60,000 nucleotides of DNA, taken from the NCBI GenBank assembly GCA_051294905.1, contig CM119378.1:1614001-1674000 (forward strand). Reading direction: 5' to 3'. A model generated the notes under the pieces. It did not search any database. It saw only the letters and a list, made by a program, of their open reading frames with translations, and had not been told where the DNA came from. Positions within the stretch are counted from its first letter, which is position 1, and every line of letters begins with the position of its first letter. Shown in pieces: positions 1-11,620 of the stretch. The position numbers and the translations under genes were made by a program. This DNA is from Botryllus schlosseri (Eukaryota).

Positions 1-79
1 TTGAATGCAAACCGAGGATGTTAGTAAACTGTTTCATGATATCATCATCTCATCACCTATCTCAGTATGGAACACAGAT

Positions 80-470
80 ACACCGGCTTTTGCGTGAAAT
101 CCGCAATGCGTTAGGTAGGCTAAGTGTCAGATCAGCGCACATCTCTACCATACTCGAACTTAATAACGAAATTGCTGCCCTAATCATTGAGTGTCAACCT
201 TGAGACTTGGCACAGCGTTCGATACTAAAATCAAGACATACCATGTAAAAGTTCATGACGGATCTAGCTAAGGAGCATCGTTAAAATCAATGGAGACCAA
301 TACCGGCTTTGCGTGAAATATGTTTGCGATACATGACCGATCAGCACACACTCGACTTTGGAAACGGAATTACTACCCTAAACTTTGAGTAGAAACCCTG
401 AAACTTAGGACAGTGTTAAATACAACCATCACGACATGACATACAAAGTTTCAAGAATTATCATGTTGTG
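80..470. repeat. Diverged ~220-bp tandem duplication
   Basis: ACCGGCTTT(T)GCGTGAAAT..GATCAGC..ACTCGA..CCCTAA..TGAGT at ~82-260 and ~302-455. Confidence 0.55.
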
Positions 471-926
471 AAACACCATCAAAATCGACCTGTACCAGCA
501 ACGGTCGACTCAACGCATATCACGGTATCCGAGTTCAGATATAGATACGATTGTTACATCACACCATAGGGGCGAGCAAGCATATTTGCCCCGGTTGCTC
601 GGCCATTTTACGGATAGGAGAGAGTAAAGCAACGTTTCTTAAGTGTGCGCAGCTTTGAGAGAATAGATAGTGAAAGCTTGTTATGAGCGCTACCGGGGCA
701 AGCCCCGGCTAGGCATTCACAAAGCGAAAACAGAGAAGAGAATTCGATTTTCGCGGAGACTTCGCTATGTATGGGCATTTGCCAGCGAAAGCACAAGAAG
801 AACGCGGGTTTCGCTGTGATCTCGATATATATTGAGCGCTGTGCGTCTATCAATGGTTAAATTGTTATTGAACAGAATTTTAGGTGGGGCAATGCCCCAG
901 TTGCCTTATAGGACGAGCCGCCACTG

Positions 927-3790
927 CATGATAATGTGGCCCGCGGCTCCAGTCTGCCGAGATTCCCCACTACTTGCTTACTACGTCACAGTTTAGCGAC
1001 TGTTATTTTATACGTGTATGCGCAGCGCAGCGTTGCGAGAGTGGAGCTTACGCGTAAGTTCGTCGAAGCGAGAATACTTGCATTATCGGCACTTACGACG
1101 CACTCAACTCTAATGTCGTCTGTGGTAATCATGATTTTGTCGACTGCAATGGTCATTTACACCAGGCTGATATTTCATATTTTTGATTCCGTAACCGCTG
1201 ACTTGTAGCACGGCACACTTCTAGGCTTTTGTAAGGCACCGCTTCTGCCAGGGGTCGCCAACACAAAACGGGTCGCAGGCCCCTTTTCAAATTTCGCAGA
1301 GGACGCGGGCCGCATGAATTCAATATCGACATTAATTAGGCCACACAGTTGAACAACGACGCTATCTCGTCACCTTCTCAGCTCTAATGAATCTTGGTAA
1401 ATTAGGGTTACCGGGCTTATGGAACGCCTTAAAACAGTGGTTCCCAAACTTTTTCGGTGTGAGGGCCAAATTTAGAATCTCAGAGTACGGTCGGGGCCGC
1501 ACGAATACTACGGCTATGAAACGGACCCAAACAGTCATCATGGCTATTTCGGAGTAGTTTTATTACCCTGGCGAGATTTCAAATCTGTACACTGTTTACC
1601 GCTACTTATCTGCTGCATTGGATGTCCGTTGAGTGAATCAGCTTTTCTCGCCTAAACGCGCGAAGCGCGAGAAATTTCTTTAGTCTCATGACTGAATCGG
1701 TCAATATGATTGGGAATTGCATGTATTGCTATCAATTTTCATCCTGTCTCTGTTCACGTAATCTGATTTACCGGTAGAGCTGAGTGAGGTGTGTTTGAAA
1801 AGGTATAGGCCGCCTCAATAGTAATTAAACATCTCCGGCGGTATACCCGTTATCAGCAACGTAACTGCACTTCGTCAGGACCCCGGGCTCCCATAGGGTG
1901 ATAACCTGACCCCGCATCACGTTGTTCGCTTTTGCCACAAAATTAAACTGTTTAGTGAGACAGCGCGACGCGCGAATATTTCGATAATTCATGATAAAAT
2001 CGGTGAATAAGATCGGGAATTGCATTGTTGTCCTCTTTGCCCACGTAATCAGATTTACCGGTAGAGCTGAGTGAGAGGTGTCTTTGAAACTGCTGACCCC
2101 GTAAAATTAAACATCTTCGGGCGGGCGGACCCCTAGGTACGACTTCTTTACGTGGTGTTATTTCGTGACCTCCTGTCTGCTATCAAAAAATGTAGAATTG
2201 CCCAAACCTACTAAACTGAAAGATCACGCGATTTCAGATTGGCATTTCTTCACTGGCATATAATTTTCTTTCCTGCGGGCTGGTATTTGTCTTGTGAGGT
2301 ACAGATTGCCAAGACAAGAACATTCGGCGCCAGTCATTTAAACGCCTATATGGACAATTAAACATATATGTATTTTGTTTATATAATGAAGTTTTTGGTA
2401 TTTCGAAGTTTTTCGTCAGCATAAAAGCAGTCCTTTACGGCCAAGGCTTTCTCGCCGCCGATCGTTGTGACACACTTCTTGGAGTCACATGTTACATGGC
2501 CTGAAACTTTATATGTCTTGGTGCGTTGTGTTGCGGTCATGGCCAACGCTGATATACCCATTTCTATAAATCTTGCGTATTTTTTCTTGGGGAAGAGTAC
2601 CCAATAATCAAGATATGTGGCGAATCGAAATCGCAAATAGCGCGAACATTTTTGAAAAAGTTGCATAAATTATCAAAAAATACTCTGTAATTTATGCTAA
2701 TTCACGAAATAATTTAGGGCCCCCTTCGAGCTCGGCCCCCTCAATTGGGGGGTTTGGGGTGCGGCAGTTACGGCCCTGACTATAGGACTACCAATTATAC
2801 TGCTTTTAGCCTGCTAAGCAGTATGCATCTCGGCGTATTCAACCGTGAGTCACGTGTTGCACATCTAGTTATCATAGGGGTTACCATACGTCCTCTTTTA
2901 AGATGATTTGTCCTCTTTTTTGATTTTTTTTAAGTGTTCTCGGATGACGCCCAAATGTCTTCTTTTTTGAGATTTTGTCTTCTCTTTTGAGGTTTTTGGT
3001 AACATATAGGGCCAAATTCGACTGATATACATTAAGTCAGCACTGTAGGAACGCTACGGCGGCTATTTCGGGAGCTTGACAGGAAAGTTGACCTTTTTGC
3101 GGTCAACCACCTGTTAATGTGAAAGAAAAACTGTATTTTCCGGGAGTTGAGCCTCTTTTTCTTTTTTAGTCAAGCGACCACGAAGTGGGAAAAATATACC
3201 CTTTTTTCAGGATTTTCCTCCGGTTTTGAAAGTTATCAATACCTATTTATATCTGTAGCTACTGCTCGTTCAACTGGAAATTTAGGGCACATTGCATTGA
3301 AACAGCAGCGACGTAACGTTAGCAGTCTATACTCACAACTTTGTTCAATTCTATAATTAAAAACTACAGAGGCCAAGCCGAGCAAGAGTATTTTATAAAT
3401 ATAAATTTTATTTATAATCATAACTCGATTTCTTAATATATTTTTGGGGCCGCAAGAAGGCTATCTGGGGGCCGCACTTGGGAATCACTGCCTTAAAATC
3501 TTAATGAGGGATTGCGCCGTGTGTTGATTGATCAGAGAGAATCAGACATGGCGGCGTCTGTATGACAATATTATTCTCAAATCCACATTGTCTTCGCCAT
3601 TATCGGCGAGAAATGGCTTTGAAGTGACATTGCTGTCGTAAAAATACATTCATTAAATACGATTTATTCCTTGTATATGTGGATAAATGGGCGTAAATGG
3701 GCGAATAATGTATCGATTCAGCAATCCGGCCCGCCAAGCACTTAATTTTCCTATATCCGGCCCGCCGACTGGAGAAGTTTCCCGCCCCTG
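927..3790. mobile_element. hAT MITE copy (same family as 47952-48847), interrupted
   Basis: Colinear with 48035-48847 apart from the 1435-3490 insertion; right end CCCGCCCCTG; left part cut off by an element ending GCCGCCACTG at 926. Confidence 0.8.
1435..3490. mobile_element. hAT-type element containing further MITE fragments
   Basis: TIRs CAGTGGTTCCCAA/TTGGGAATCACTG; perfect TSD CCTTAAAA; empty site visible near 48549. Confidence 0.88.
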
Positions 3791-3797
3791 CTCTAAG

Positions 3798-4071
3798 CAG
3801 TGGTTCTAAAACTGGAGGGCGTGAAAGAACCCGAAGGGGGATGCGAAACTGCCGTCAGCTGAACTTGTTTCTCGCTCTGCGCGATTTACCTGCAGTTCAT
3901 ATAGTTATTGCTCTGTGTATAGTCCGAATTTCGTATTTCAGAATCTTCCCATCAAACTATTCGTTGGGATCGCTGTCATGTTGGTTGCATTTAGTGATAT
4001 GGCGATAAGGGGGCGGGAAATTTTTCACTTTTATGAAGGGGGCGTTTTAAAAAAAAGTTACAGACCCACTG
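3798..4071. mobile_element. Short hAT-type MITE
   Basis: CAGTGGTTCT..AGACCCACTG ends; TSD imperfect. Confidence 0.65.
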
Positions 4072-6138
4072 CTCTATTGCAGTGCTCTTCAACCGGGGTT
4101 GTCGTACACCCTAGGGTGTACCAGAATTTGCAAAGGATGTACCACTCGGATGGGGTGTACAGGGGTGTACAAGATCCGAATTACAATGAGCCGATGGCTA
4201 GCCATCACAAAGGCAGGTTTTTGGACCTGTACAGTAGGGTTGTTCAGAATTGATCGACTTTCAAAATGTCGTGGTTTTCAGTCCGATTCCCATGCCTTAT
4301 ACCATAAAAACATATTCTAGGTACTTTTTTTCGTAATTTATCCCTTGCATCCGTGTGCACATTGAGCTGGAAGAATATCGGCTAAAAATAGGGGATTCCC
4401 CTAAAATTTTAGTATCGCTATTCGGACTAGGCTAGTAAAACGTCATATATAAGCTGGTTTTATGTAGCTATTGGGGTTGAGTGCTACATAACCACACTAT
4501 AGAAATTATTGTAAGTTCAGGACACCATTTTCATGTCCCACACTGCCTTAGAACTCCTCAAAACTGCCTAAGACTGATAGTCATTTTGTTGGATCACCTA
4601 TCCTACACTCCTCAACCCTACCCGAGATTGTTCATCAATTGCCAGGATCACCACGTGCAAGAATACAACTGTAAATGTATCATTCACTCACAGCCACATT
4701 ATAAACATCACATTGTTCAAAGGAAACGAAACAAAAAGGCAAAGAAACAGATCAACTTGGCACATTGCATTGCACTGGGATGCAAAGCTCACTAGAAGTC
4801 GTTTGGGAGGGAAATTTGAGGCCTTGGCAATGCTGGCATAGTCTGCGTATTCCAACGCATTTGAGAAAGGCAAACTTCTTGGCAATCGAACTCTGGAGAG
4901 TGCTACAGGAAAAGCACAGGCTGATCTGTCATTTGAACTGCTGGAATTATAATTTATAAAATAATGTCAGAGCTCTTGTGTTTGACACAACACCCTCAAA
5001 CAATGGAAAAAATAAAGGTGCGGTTCTTTCACTTGAAGAACTGATAAACAGGAAATTTTTCTACTTTCTACTTCTGCTTGTCGCCATCATATTTATGAAC
5101 TAGTCATCCGGGGAGGTCTGGAAGTGAAGTGTGTTTGGATCTGCGACCACAGGCCCTGAAAACTCAGATTTTGATATTTTCCAAGAAGTGGAAAGATATT
5201 GATCAATTAAGAAGCTCTAAAACACTTCCGTTTGATGAATGCAGCTGGTTGACGATCAAAGCTGATGAAGCTAAGCAAGAAATAATTCCACTGATGAAGC
5301 CATATAATGGAAAGCAGAAAGAAGTCTTGATAATAAATGACTACAGAGCAGTGTTGGGATCAAGTCACTACCTTCGAGTCATGAGTCATTTCGAGTCATT
5401 GCACATTTTGACTCGAGTCAAGTCAAGTCAATCGATTTTCGAAGGTGACTCGAGTCAAGTCAAGTCACGAGTCAAGTCACATTTCAAGTCAAGTTGCCTT
5501 TTCGAATGCCTACGCCATTGCATTTTGCTAGCTGTCTGAAATCCTGATTAACTGGTCATTGATTTTGAACCGATGAACGAATATGAAGTTAAATATACAC
5601 GTAAGACGGCGCTGTATCGCTTACATATACGTAGAAATGCTAAACTGCGCAATTATACTGGCATAGCCTCAGTTTATAGTTACCAGCCAATATAGAGAAT
5701 AAAGAAACGAATTGATAAGATACAATACATTATTCATTTACAAATGGATATGATACAATTCGAGCCTGCGCCAATGGTCGAGGACTAGGCTATATAGCCT
5801 AAACTATCTTCAAATTTAATTTCAATTAAGAGGTTTGGTTCAGGTACAGAGAACAGTAGTATACATTTTTCTCTTAAAATACTTTACTATACTAGTTTAC
5901 GACAGCGTAAGCTGTAAGCTTCGATAACTTTGTAAGCGGTCAATTTATTTGTGAGAGAACAATAGAGGCTCAGTAAAACGCACGATCATTGTGAATGATT
6001 GGTCGCTCTCACGGGTTACACCAGCGTTTCGCGAACAATCCGATTGCAAGATACAGTGATTTTTATCGACATCGATTGCTTGATGACTTGAAATTGACTC
6101 GTGAATTTTGCTTCGAGTCACGAGTCAATCCACATTTC

Positions 6139-6422
6139 TGTTGCGAAGCTTTAATTGCTTATGACCTGTGAACTCTCATTTCGTATTTCTGTTCCTCTCA
6201 TTTGGTGATTGGGTCAATGATTATTTGATTGTTGGGTTAAGACGTAGTGTATAAATGCGTTTGTGTGTTAGCTAGTGCTTGCTGTTAATTTGCCTGTGTT
6301 GTCTACGCTGAATGCTACTAGCTGCTGTAAGAACAGATTATCTGCTTCTGTAAAATAAATTTAATTCGATTGAAGATATATCTCAAGCCTCGACGGATCA
6401 GGTCAAGATAGATCGTTCATAA
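6139..6422 (+). repeat. copia 5' LTR
   Basis: Direct repeat of 11337-11620; starts TG; contains TATAAA and AATAAA. Confidence 0.95.
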
Positions 6423-6424
6423 AA

Positions 6425-6438
6425 GGTTATGCGCCCTA
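6425..6438 (+). promoter_or_regulatory. copia primer-binding site (half-tRNAiMet type)
   Basis: GGTTATGCGCCCTA just after the 5' LTR resembles the Drosophila copia PBS GGTTATGGGCCCAG. Confidence 0.7.
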
Positions 6439-6462
6439 GTTAATCTCGTGTCTACAGCCACA

Positions 6463-8802
6463 ATGTCAGCAATTTCAAGCCTAGATAAACTGAAATGCGG
6501 TAAAAACAGTAATTGGACGTCGTGGAAAGTCCAAGTGAAAGGCCTCCTCATGGCGAATGAGTTGTGGAATAGTGTTATGGGCAATGACACCGCAGAAGGA
6601 GCTGCCTCTAGAAAAATGAAAGCCGCTGGAATTCTACTCTGTAACTTGAGTGGATCGGTGTTACCAACGATACCTGAAGATCACCATGATGATCCCAAGG
6701 AAATTTGGAATGACTTGAAAGCGAAGTTTGAACCACAGAATGCTACGCTTTATCTCACATTGAAGATGGAGATCGATATGTTGCCGACATTCACGGAAAA
6801 GAACGTCCTTGAGAAAATTGAGGAATGTCAAATGCTATTTCAAAGGATGGCGAGCTTGGGTCGTGCCGTTGCCGAGACCGACCAAGTTTTCGAAGTGATC
6901 AAGCACTTGCCTCCTAGTCTTGATGTAACTCGAAGCTATATTCTGAATGAGATACAGAACAAGCCGAGATTTTCGTTGAATGATTTGTTACTGCGCGTAC
7001 AAACTGATCTATCGATTCGACCGAAAGAATCTGTACAGGCGTACCACGCAAGAAACAATGCAAGACGAAAGAGTGGAAAACCGAAATTTAATGGAAATTG
7101 TGATCATTGCGGAAAGTATGGTCATAAGATGTCAGACTGTTGGAATCGTCCTGAAAATAATGAAGAACGTGAAGAAAAACGCGTGTCTTGTGAACGTGGA
7201 AAAGGAAGTGAATTCAGGAAACACCGAGAAAGTAGACAACGTCAAAGTGCTAACTATGTCGACGACGAAAACGGCAATAGTCGCGCACGAGCATCTCGTA
7301 CTAAGAAATCATCGAAGCATGCGATGTTTTATTCATCTGACGTCGTACCTTCCAAGTATCTTGGATCGAAGAATTACATGCCACGTGTTGAATCAATCTC
7401 TAGAGTCAAAAGACATTACTTGCTTCACACGTCAGCATTTTTGTCTCGAAATCGACAATATGTGATATGTGATAGTGGTGCAACTAGTCACATGAGTTGC
7501 AGGAGAGAATTGTTTATCGACATGAAGCATTGCCACGAAGAAATTGAATTAGGCGATGGAAACCTGATTTACTCTAAAGGAATCGGAGCTCTTCGAATAA
7601 TTATCTTCCGAGATGGCGAAGAATATGGCATTGCAGATTTGCAGAATGCTCTTTATGTGCCGGACCTATCGACAACGTTATTCTCGATTCGAGCTGCTGT
7701 TTCCAGGCATCAGTATGAAGTTACTTTCAACTCGAAGAAGCTTCGAATTCTGGATCGATACGAGGGTCATATTGTTGCAACTGGATCACTGAAAAATGGT
7801 CTCTACATGTTAGATTATCGACCTTGTAACAAAGAAGAAATGAAGATACCGTTGGAAACCAATGAGAACAGCGGAATTCAGGATCTTTCTGCTGATGATC
7901 ATGACGAATTGAATCGTGATATCAATTGTTTTCGTACTGGTGCAACTCGTACAGACACTGGAGAATCTGACACCGATGATGCAGAGCTAGATCGAAAAGA
8001 CTCTCAAATCATGCGATGTGCAGAAGGAGTTTCATCCGGACATCCTGTTAATGATGATGAACAAAACGAAAAGTGCTTTGGTGGTACCGCATCAGCTGAT
8101 GTATGGCATCAACGTTTTGGTCACATTGGCGAGGAAAATCTTCGTAAAATGGTTGCGAAGAATATGGTTAACGACTTGAAGTTTAACGAGTCGAAGAACA
8201 TGAAGTTTTGTGAACCGTGTGCTTTGGGGAAATCCACGAAGTTAGCATTCCCGAAACGATCTGAACGCCGTGCAACGAGGACGTTGGAATTGATTCACTC
8301 AGATGTTTGTGGACCCATTTCACCAGAGTCACACGGTGGTTCAAGATACTTTCTAACGTTTACTGACGATTACAGTCGAATGTCGTGGGTGATACCTCTT
8401 AAACGGAAGTCCGATGTGTTCGCCGAACTGAAATTCTTCGTTTTAAACCAAGAAAAATTTCGCCGTCAGTCAGTTGGATGTATACGCACGGACAATGGCG
8501 GAGAATACGTGAGCAACGAATGCGAATCGTGGTTGAAAGAAAAAGGCATCCGACATGAGAAGTCTGTACGGTCATGTCCTTCGCAAAATGGAGTTGCAGA
8601 ACGCTTGAACCGAGTTCTCTGTGAGAGAGCTTCTGCGATGCTTCACGGTGCAAAATTACCTGGTTTCTTGTGGGCGGAAGCAATAATGACAGCCGCTTAT
8701 CTGAAGAACAGAAGTCCAACCATTGCTCTCAACAGCAAAACTCCATTTGAAGCTTATCATGGGACTAGGGCTGGGCACAATGATTCGAGTACTCGAATCT
8801 GA
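6463..8802 (+). CDS. copia gag-protease-integrase (5' part of polyprotein, cut by a MITE)
   Basis: CCHC knuckle CDHCGKYGHKMSDC, protease DSGA, WHQRFGH..CEPC, integrase HSDV/TDNGGEY/NGVAER. Confidence 0.93.
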   Translation: MSAISSLDKLKCGKNSNWTSWKVQVKGLLMANELWNSVMGNDTAEGAASRKMKAAGILLCNLSGSVLPTIPEDHHDDPKEIWNDLKAKFEPQNATLYLTLKMEIDMLPTFTEKNVLEKIEECQMLFQRMASLGRAVAETDQVFEVIKHLPPSLDVTRSYILNEIQNKPRFSLNDLLLRVQTDLSIRPKESVQAYHARNNARRKSGKPKFNGNCDHCGKYGHKMSDCWNRPENNEEREEKRVSCERGKGSEFRKHRESRQRQSANYVDDENGNSRARASRTKKSSKHAMFYSSDVVPSKYLGSKNYMPRVESISRVKRHYLLHTSAFLSRNRQYVICDSGATSHMSCRRELFIDMKHCHEEIELGDGNLIYSKGIGALRIIIFRDGEEYGIADLQNALYVPDLSTTLFSIRAAVSRHQYEVTFNSKKLRILDRYEGHIVATGSLKNGLYMLDYRPCNKEEMKIPLETNENSGIQDLSADDHDELNRDINCFRTGATRTDTGESDTDDAELDRKDSQIMRCAEGVSSGHPVNDDEQNEKCFGGTASADVWHQRFGHIGEENLRKMVAKNMVNDLKFNESKNMKFCEPCALGKSTKLAFPKRSERRATRTLELIHSDVCGPISPESHGGSRYFLTFTDDYSRMSWVIPLKRKSDVFAELKFFVLNQEKFRRQSVGCIRTDNGGEYVSNECESWLKEKGIRHEKSVRSCPSQNGVAERLNRVLCERASAMLHGAKLPGFLWAEAIMTAAYLKNRSPTIALNSKTPFEAYHGTRAGHNDSSTRI

Positions 8803-9280
8803 ATCGAGTATTAACTTTAATGATTCGAGTCGAGTAGTAAAAGACGATTTTTTCGAGTACTGAAAGTATACGCTCCTCGCAACTTAAAATTAATTTACTA
8901 ACGAGAATTATAGTTTTGATACTATTTTCCAATGAGGAAACCTTGAAACCTTGATTGGCCGTGTCGCAGCATAAGAGACATAGTACAAAGCTACGAACGT
9001 TACTGGAAATAATACATTTCCGAAATCATGATCATCCCATAACATCGCCAAGAAGTGTAATGAAATCGGTATAGTAGAAAAAATACCAAAACATCTTTAA
9101 AGTGACGGATAACAGGCATTATGTTTTTCGTGGTGGCATAAAAGGTACATATTTGAACTTTGACATAGTATATTCTGTTGTGACGTCATAATGAGAGATA
9201 CTCGAATACTCGACTCGACTCGAAGCATTTTACGTGATTCAGAATCGAATCACTCGGGTACTCGATTTTGCCCAGCCCTA
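8766..9280. mobile_element. hAT-type MITE inserted in the copia integrase
   Basis: TIRs TAGGGCTGGGCA/TGCCCAGCCCTA; perfect 8-bp TSD CATGGGAC. Confidence 0.93.
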
Positions 9281-11308
9281 CATGGGACTAAGCCGAATGT
9301 AAGACACTTGAGAATATTTGGATGTAAAGCCTATGCCTTAATAGAAAAAAGTGAAAGGAAGAAAAAGCTTGATCCGAAAGCTGAAGTGTGCAATTTAATC
9401 GGCTATGATTTATTATCCAAAGGTTACCGTCTGTGGTCTGAAGACAGAAAAGAAGTTCTGATTCGGCGACACGTGAAATTTGATGAATCCCGATTTGGCC
9501 AGGAAGGAGAATCGACTGAAGTTCAGCCTGAGTGTCCTACATCGTCATTCATCTATCCTTCATTAAACAGTGACGAACAGCAATCAGCGGATAACCGATT
9601 GGTAGAAACGCCGACGAATGAACAAGTGGAAGGAGTGCGTCGATCAACGCGACGGAATGCAGGGAATCCTCCACCAAGACTTGCTTACAATGAGAATTTC
9701 GAGCAAATTGAAGACACGGAAGTGCTGACTTATGCGATACCCGCAGCAGTTCATCAGTTGAATGAACCGAAAAACTTGAAAGAAGCCTTCCAGTCAGAGC
9801 ACTCTGATATGTGGAAAGACGCTGCAAATGAAGAAATTGCATCGATGAAAGATTTAAAAGTATGGGATCTCGTTAATATTCCACCAGATGCGAAGGTTTT
9901 GGGGAATAAATGGGTTCTCAAGTATAAATATGACGAAAATGGAAACGTCACGCGCGCCAAAGCAAGACTTGTAGCACTTGGAAATACCCAGAGATACGGA
10001 AAAGACTACGAACAAACCTTTTCGCCTGTGGTTCATGCAAGTTCATTTCGAGCGTATGTTGCATTGGCAGTCGACGAAAATATGGAAATACATCAGATGG
10101 ACGTCAAAACCGCTTTTTTACATGGTAGATTGGACGAGACCATCTATATGAAACAGCCCGAAGGCTTCGTACAGAAAGGACAAGCGGATAAGGTGTGTCT
10201 CCTGAGAAAGTCCATATATGGTTTGAAGCAATCACCGCGATGCTGGAATCAAGCTCTACACGAGGAATTGATTAAGGTGGGCTTTAAACAAACGAAATCT
10301 GATCCTTGTATTTACAGTGGCGTTTACGACGAAGGAGTCGTACAGTTGGCAGTTTACGTTGACGATATACTCTTAGCGGGGAAAACGAAGAAGGTCATAG
10401 AGAAGACGAAGTCTACTTTGCAAAAGATATTTAATGTCAAAGATATGGGTATGTTACACCATTTTCTTGGTATGCGTGTCAAGCAGACAGATGATTGTAT
10501 TTGGATCGGACAAGATTGTTATGCAAAAAGTGTGCTGGAACGATTCGGAATGTCCGAGAGTAAGCCTGTGTCTACTCCAATGGATTCGGGAGCAGTGCTG
10601 GAGAAAGCGAAACCGACAGACAAAAGGTTTGATTCGTCGACATATCAAGCTGCAGTTGGGAGTCTACTTTATCTGGCGATGTATACTCGACCCGACATTG
10701 CGTTCGCAGTTGCTAAACTAGCACAATACAACAGTGATCCAACCGTATATCATTGGCAAATGATTAAACATTTATTGCGTTACATTCGAGGAACTATTGA
10801 TTACGGTATAACTTATAAGAGTGGTGTCAACACTGTTACAGTTTTTGCAGACGCTGATTTCGGTGGTGACCGTGATGACAGGAAATCGACCTCGGGGTAC
10901 ATTATCTTGATGGGAAGTGCTCCAATTTGTTGGAGATCAAAGAAACAATCAGTAACGGCGCAGTCCACAGCTGAAGCAGAATTTATCGCACTGAATCTCA
11001 CCGCTCGTGAGACCGCATGGCTTCGTCAGTTATTTGAGGAGATGGGAAAAAGCGTCAAAGTGCCGATCACCATCTTTGAAGACAACCAAAGCGCGATCGC
11101 GATGTGCCGAAACCCGGTTAACCACCAAGCAACGAAACATATAGCCGTGAAATTTGGATATATCCGAGACGAGCTCGATGCGAACAGGATTGACATCGAG
11201 TACGTCCCGACTGAGAAGCAGCTTGCCGACATATTTACAAAGCCGCTACGTCGACAGTCTTTCTGCAATTTGAGGGAGCAAATTGGAATTTCTCGTATTC
11301 CTGAATGA
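9281..11308 (+). CDS. copia integrase C-terminus, reverse transcriptase, RNase H (3' part of polyprotein)
   Basis: KARLVA, QMDVKTAFLHG, SIYGLKQ, YVDD; RNase H DAD/EAE/EDN/LAD. Confidence 0.93.
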   Translation, partial: HGTKPNVRHLRIFGCKAYALIEKSERKKKLDPKAEVCNLIGYDLLSKGYRLWSEDRKEVLIRRHVKFDESRFGQEGESTEVQPECPTSSFIYPSLNSDEQQSADNRLVETPTNEQVEGVRRSTRRNAGNPPPRLAYNENFEQIEDTEVLTYAIPAAVHQLNEPKNLKEAFQSEHSDMWKDAANEEIASMKDLKVWDLVNIPPDAKVLGNKWVLKYKYDENGNVTRAKARLVALGNTQRYGKDYEQTFSPVVHASSFRAYVALAVDENMEIHQMDVKTAFLHGRLDETIYMKQPEGFVQKGQADKVCLLRKSIYGLKQSPRCWNQALHEELIKVGFKQTKSDPCIYSGVYDEGVVQLAVYVDDILLAGKTKKVIEKTKSTLQKIFNVKDMGMLHHFLGMRVKQTDDCIWIGQDCYAKSVLERFGMSESKPVSTPMDSGAVLEKAKPTDKRFDSSTYQAAVGSLLYLAMYTRPDIAFAVAKLAQYNSDPTVYHWQMIKHLLRYIRGTIDYGITYKSGVNTVTVFADADFGGDRDDRKSTSGYIILMGSAPICWRSKKQSVTAQSTAEAEFIALNLTARETAWLRQLFEEMGKSVKVPITIFEDNQSAIAMCRNPVNHQATKHIAVKFGYIRDELDANRIDIEYVPTEKQLADIFTKPLRRQSFCNLREQIGISRIPE

Positions 11309-11336
11309 GAGATGCTGCATGTCATAAGAGAAGGAA

Positions 11337-11620
11337 TGTTGCGAAGCTTTAATTGCTTATGACCTGTGAACTCTCATTTCGTATTTCTGTTCCTCTCATT
11401 TGGTGATTGGGTCAATGATTATTTGATTGTTGGGTTAAGACGTAGTGTATAAATGCGTTTGTGTGTTAGCTAGTGCTTGCTGTTAATTTGCCTGTGTTGT
11501 CTACGCTGGATGCTACTAGCTGCTGTAAGAACAGATTATCTGCTTCTGTAAAATAAATTTAATTCGATTGAAGATATATCTCAAGCCTCGACGGATCTGG
11601 TCAAGATAGATCGTTCATCA
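11337..11620 (+). repeat. copia 3' LTR
   Basis: TG...CA, preceded by purine tract AAGAGAAGGAA. Confidence 0.95.

Larger units (their letters stand above)
6139..11620 (+). mobile_element. Full-length Ty1/copia LTR retrotransposon
   Basis: 284-bp LTRs 6139-6422 and 11337-11620 (3 differences seen), 5-bp TSD ATTTC (6134-6138, 11621-11625), PBS GGTTATGCGCCC, PPT 11326-11336, domain order gag-PR-IN-RT-RH. Confidence 0.97.

Noticed and set aside
936..1208. ORF repeated at 47957-48350
   Set aside because: MITE internal sequence; reading frames are not conserved between copies
5360..5500. GACTCGAGTC/CAAGT arrays here and elsewhere as CRISPR or a regulatory array
   Set aside because: Irregular spacing, no unique spacers, eukaryotic context; always subterminal within hAT elements
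8802..9191. Programmed frameshift or intron between two copia ORFs
   Set aside because: Fully explained by a MITE with an 8-bp TSD
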